Assembly: GCA_028534125.1 (NCBI GenBank)
Contig: CM052828.1
Coordinates: 60,016,001 to 60,080,000 of the forward strand
Direction of reading: 5' to 3'
DNA: 64,000 bases
Source of the DNA: Lama glama
Lineage: Eukaryota
Shown here: in pieces, positions 61,101 through 64,000 of the stretch
Numbering within the stretch: position 1 is the stretch's first letter
Layout of the letters: each line of letters begins with the position of its first letter
Made by a program: the position numbers and the translations under genes
The notes under the pieces: generated by a model
Database searches by the model: none
What the model was told of the DNA's origin: nothing
What the model saw: the letters and a program-made list of their open reading frames with translations, nothing else

Positions 61101-63058
61101 AGGGACCTGGGAAAGGCGGTCCTCCGGGAGGTGATTCTTGTCGGCCTGACGGAGTCTTTTAGAACGTGTCCCTTTCTGGGCCCACGTCTTGCAGGGCATC
61201 ACCATCTGTCTGAAGAGCCCTCCCCTGGCCCTGCAGGTCACTGTGACGGGGTGGGGTGTGAGCTGGGTGTCCCCCCCCCCCACCGCTGGCCATGGGGCCG
61301 CTGCTCCAGGATCTGCAATCTCCGTGTGAACCCCAGACCACTAGCGGGGCCATCTTTGAAGTAGCAGTTGACAGATTTAAGGACAGATCCACCTGCTCGG
61401 TACGGTCGTGACAGAATTCTGAGGACTGCATTGGATCTTCCTCCTGAGGTTCTCAGGGCACGTCACAGCCCTTCCTTTGCTGGTGTAAGACGTCTGTTTA
61501 TCTCTGCGCAGAAGTTCGCCCTGTATAACGTGGACTCGTACTTGCTCCCCGGAGCTCAGTCTTCTGACAGGGCCTGGATGACAGGAGGAGGCCAGCACCC
61601 GCCCTGCTGGGCTCCGCAGAGCGGGCCGGGGTGGGGGGAGCTGGTGTCTGTCTGCAGACGCCCAGACGGCAGCGGGGGGAGGACGGCTGGGGCCGGGAAG
61701 CCAGGGTCCCTGTCCCTGCGGCCTGCTGCCGCAGAGGTGACGGGCGCGTGCTCTCTGGACCCCGGTAGCGTTTTGTGAGCCTCTCGTCATTGGGCTTTGA
61801 CTGTAACTGTCAGTCTTGTTCTGTCCAGGGGGGTATAGGCTCCCAGTAAGACGCTGGTGAGACCCTTACGTCCTGTCTTAGCATTTGTGCTACACCGAAT
61901 GTGTGTCCTCCCGTGAGGTGCCATCCTGAACGGCAGGGACACCAGCAGAAACAAGGTCGAGCAGGCTGAAGCACCGTCTCCGTGATTGGTGAGCACCTGC
62001 CAGACCTCAGGTGTGCTTTCAAGGGAGAAACGCTGCACTTGTGTCAGTGGCACAGCAGGCGTCTGCTGGAGGAGTCCCTCCTCAAAGGTGCATCTGATGT
62101 GATGTTTCAGAAACGTAAATGGGACGCTTGTGCCATACAGCCTTTTAAAAAGAGTATTTTCTTCTTTGCATCCTTAATCTTATTTAAATCTTACTTAATT
62201 TTATTGAAAACTAAATTTAAATCTTAACCTTATTTAAATCTGATTCAGGATTGTATTCTCGCTTTTCACATTTTAAAATGGGTTGGGTTTCCCAGTTAAT
62301 GTCTGCCTTTTGCATGTTTCTGGGCCCCTGTCCTGGGTAAGCTTCTATGCCGGGTGTTGGTTAAATGACAGAAACATTCCTCTGACACTGTAAACAGCTT
62401 ACTTTCCTCCACTTGGAAAAAAAATAAAGTTGATATTCCAGGGAATGTAGAATAAAGTTTCCATAAGAGAACCAAGTAATCAACTTCACTTTCTCTAAAC
62501 TGTGTCCTGTACCATCGTTAGCTGTGGCCGTGGGGTTTAATGTTGTAAGTGCTGGCTCACTGGCTCGATAAACGCCTGGGGTAGGTGTCCTGTGTGGTCT
62601 GCTGGATGTTTCTGAAATTCCTGGAATAATATGGCTCAAAATTTGGTTGATTTGAGTATTTATCCCCACCCCCCCAACTTGCATATTTCTTTCAAAATAG
62701 CCAGGGTGATGTGGTGAGAATCTTCAACTTACTACCTGGTTAAAATTTCAGGGATTAAAGTACCCACAATGCAGATTCGGAAACTGAAGCTTAATAAATT
62801 GCAAGAAAGGCTACTGTCTCCTTTCCTCTGTGATGCTTTAGGCGTGAAGAAGACTGGGCTCGGTACACAGAGGTAGAGAAAATTGGTAAAAGTTGCCCTT
62901 CGCTGTTTTATCTAGAAAATACATTTTTTAACGTACTGGAATTAACCCTTGGAATTTAATATTAATAATTACGTAGTGCTGTGTAGTCAGTTCTGGCTTC
63001 AGTTCTGTCATCGTGTTTACCCGTGTGCATGTTTTTCTTTCTTCTTTAATGGTGACAG

Positions 63059-63158
63059 GTTCTCGCAAAGAGTCAGCACCACAGGTTCTGCTTCCCGAGG
63101 AAGAGAAGATCATAGTGGAGGAGACGAGGAGTAACGGGCAGACGGTGATAGAAGAAAA
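63059..63158 (+). CDS. ARHGEF7: ARHGEF7 exon 20 (100 nt): [32 protein letters not shown]
   Basis: tgacag|GT ... GAAAA|gtaaga. Confidence 0.97.
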
Positions 63159-63266
63159 GTAAGATGCGGCCGGTGTTGGGCGCGGCCAGGGGCGGCCTGG
63201 GCTGAGGGCGGGGCAGCCGCGCGCGCCCGGCCCTGCCTCCTTCAGGAGCCTTCTGTTCCGTTTCAG

Positions 63267-63321
63267 GAGCCTCGTTGACACTGTGTACGCGCTGAAGGAC
63301 GAGGTCCAGGAGTTAAGGCAG
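63267..63321 (+). CDS. ARHGEF7: ARHGEF7 exon 21 (55 nt), start of coiled coil/leucine zipper: SLVDTVYALKDEVQELRQ
   Basis: gtttcag|G AGC CTC ... CAG|gtgagt; alternative in-frame acceptor 21 nt upstream (see findings). Confidence 0.96.
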
Positions 63322-64000
63322 GTGAGTGGGCCCTCATTTGGTTTTAATCTTTTTTTTTTAGCGGGGGACAAAAGAAAAACAGTGTGTTAGACACAGAAGC
63401 CAGGTGTCGGCACAGTGACGCGGAAAGGAGCGCCTCTGTCAGAACTCGGGTCCCAGCAGCAGGTCAGAATGGTTGGTCTTCTGTACACGTGACACACCAG
63501 AAACTGAGTCTCCAGAGTGACTCGTTTAAACCTTCTTTTTGCTGCACTGTTTTTGACGTCATAAACCACCTCAAATTTGCCTGGAAGAATCACGCAGGAG
63601 ACCTGAAGCTCCATCTGGGTAGAATTTCTGTCGGGGGCCCCCAGACCATCCTCTGCCGCTTCCTGGTGTGGCGCGTGGTCCCTGTTCCGGGGAAGCCGTG
63701 GGAACCGGCCAGGCGCACACTGTGTGTCTGTGCGGGGTCTGTGTGTCCGAGGAGGGGCGGCCGGAGCACAGCATGGCCTGGGCTGGACAGGCCGGGGGGG
63801 TCCCCACGCGCAGCGCTGCCCTCGGCCACCCGCCGACGACTCCCTCTCGCCGTCGGGGCCTCTGTGCTTCACTCAGCAGGGGGCACGTCTGTGAGCCGGG
63901 GGCGCTGCGTGCGGCCTTGGGGGCGCAGATGTGCGTCCGATAACCCGGCCCCTGCCCCCTTGTGTAACCCTGCATATAAGACCACCATGGCCTTGGAAGG

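Larger units (their letters stand above)
1..64000 (+). other. ARHGEF7: ARHGEF7 (beta-PIX/COOL-1) gene body, partial: intron 2 to intron 21
   Basis: 19 exons with canonical splice sites and consistent phases translate to the beta-PIX CH-end/SH3/DH/PH/GBD/coiled-coil sequence. Confidence 0.99.

Noticed and set aside
62172-62241. AT-rich direct repeat cttatttaaatct x2
   Set aside because: Low-complexity slippage with no associated feature
1-64000. Prokaryotic-type systems (CRISPR arrays, operons), tRNA/rRNA, snoRNA or miRNA genes
   Set aside because: The sequence is a spliced mammalian gene; no repeat-spacer array or recognisable structured RNA was seen. An Rfam/Infernal scan would be needed to exclude small RNAs

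Overview
Mammalian (eutherian, apparently non-primate and non-rodent) genomic DNA, GC- and CpG-rich, with four short N-gaps. The whole window lies inside ARHGEF7 (beta-PIX/COOL-1, a Rac1/Cdc42 GEF) on the + strand. I traced 19 consecutive GT-AG exons (numbered 3-21 by recalled homology to the human gene) that splice in one continuous frame. They encode the end of the CH domain, SH3, DH, PH, the Pro-rich region, the GIT-binding domain, the neural insert exon and the start of the C-terminal coiled coil. Exons 1-2 and the last exon are outside the window. Splicing from the MTDN ATG (18691) through exon 19 read-through gives 625 aa. Introns hold only old repeats (Tigger1, MIR, L1M, MER21-like LTR, MER20, MER58A). 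Almost all ORFs in the supplied track are chance ORFs of GC-rich intron. I found no new multi-gene system. The interesting signal is splicing and isoform architecture: a dual-use exon 19 with a 129-nt AG-exclusion zone and a bipartite QKI element on its stop codon, in-frame duplicated acceptors at exons 9 and 21, an 84-bp duplication over the exon 10 branch point, a candidate SH3-less first exon (MYLK) in intron 6, and two intronic TF-motif clusters. Repeat family names and comparisons with human/mouse come from memory, not from a search.
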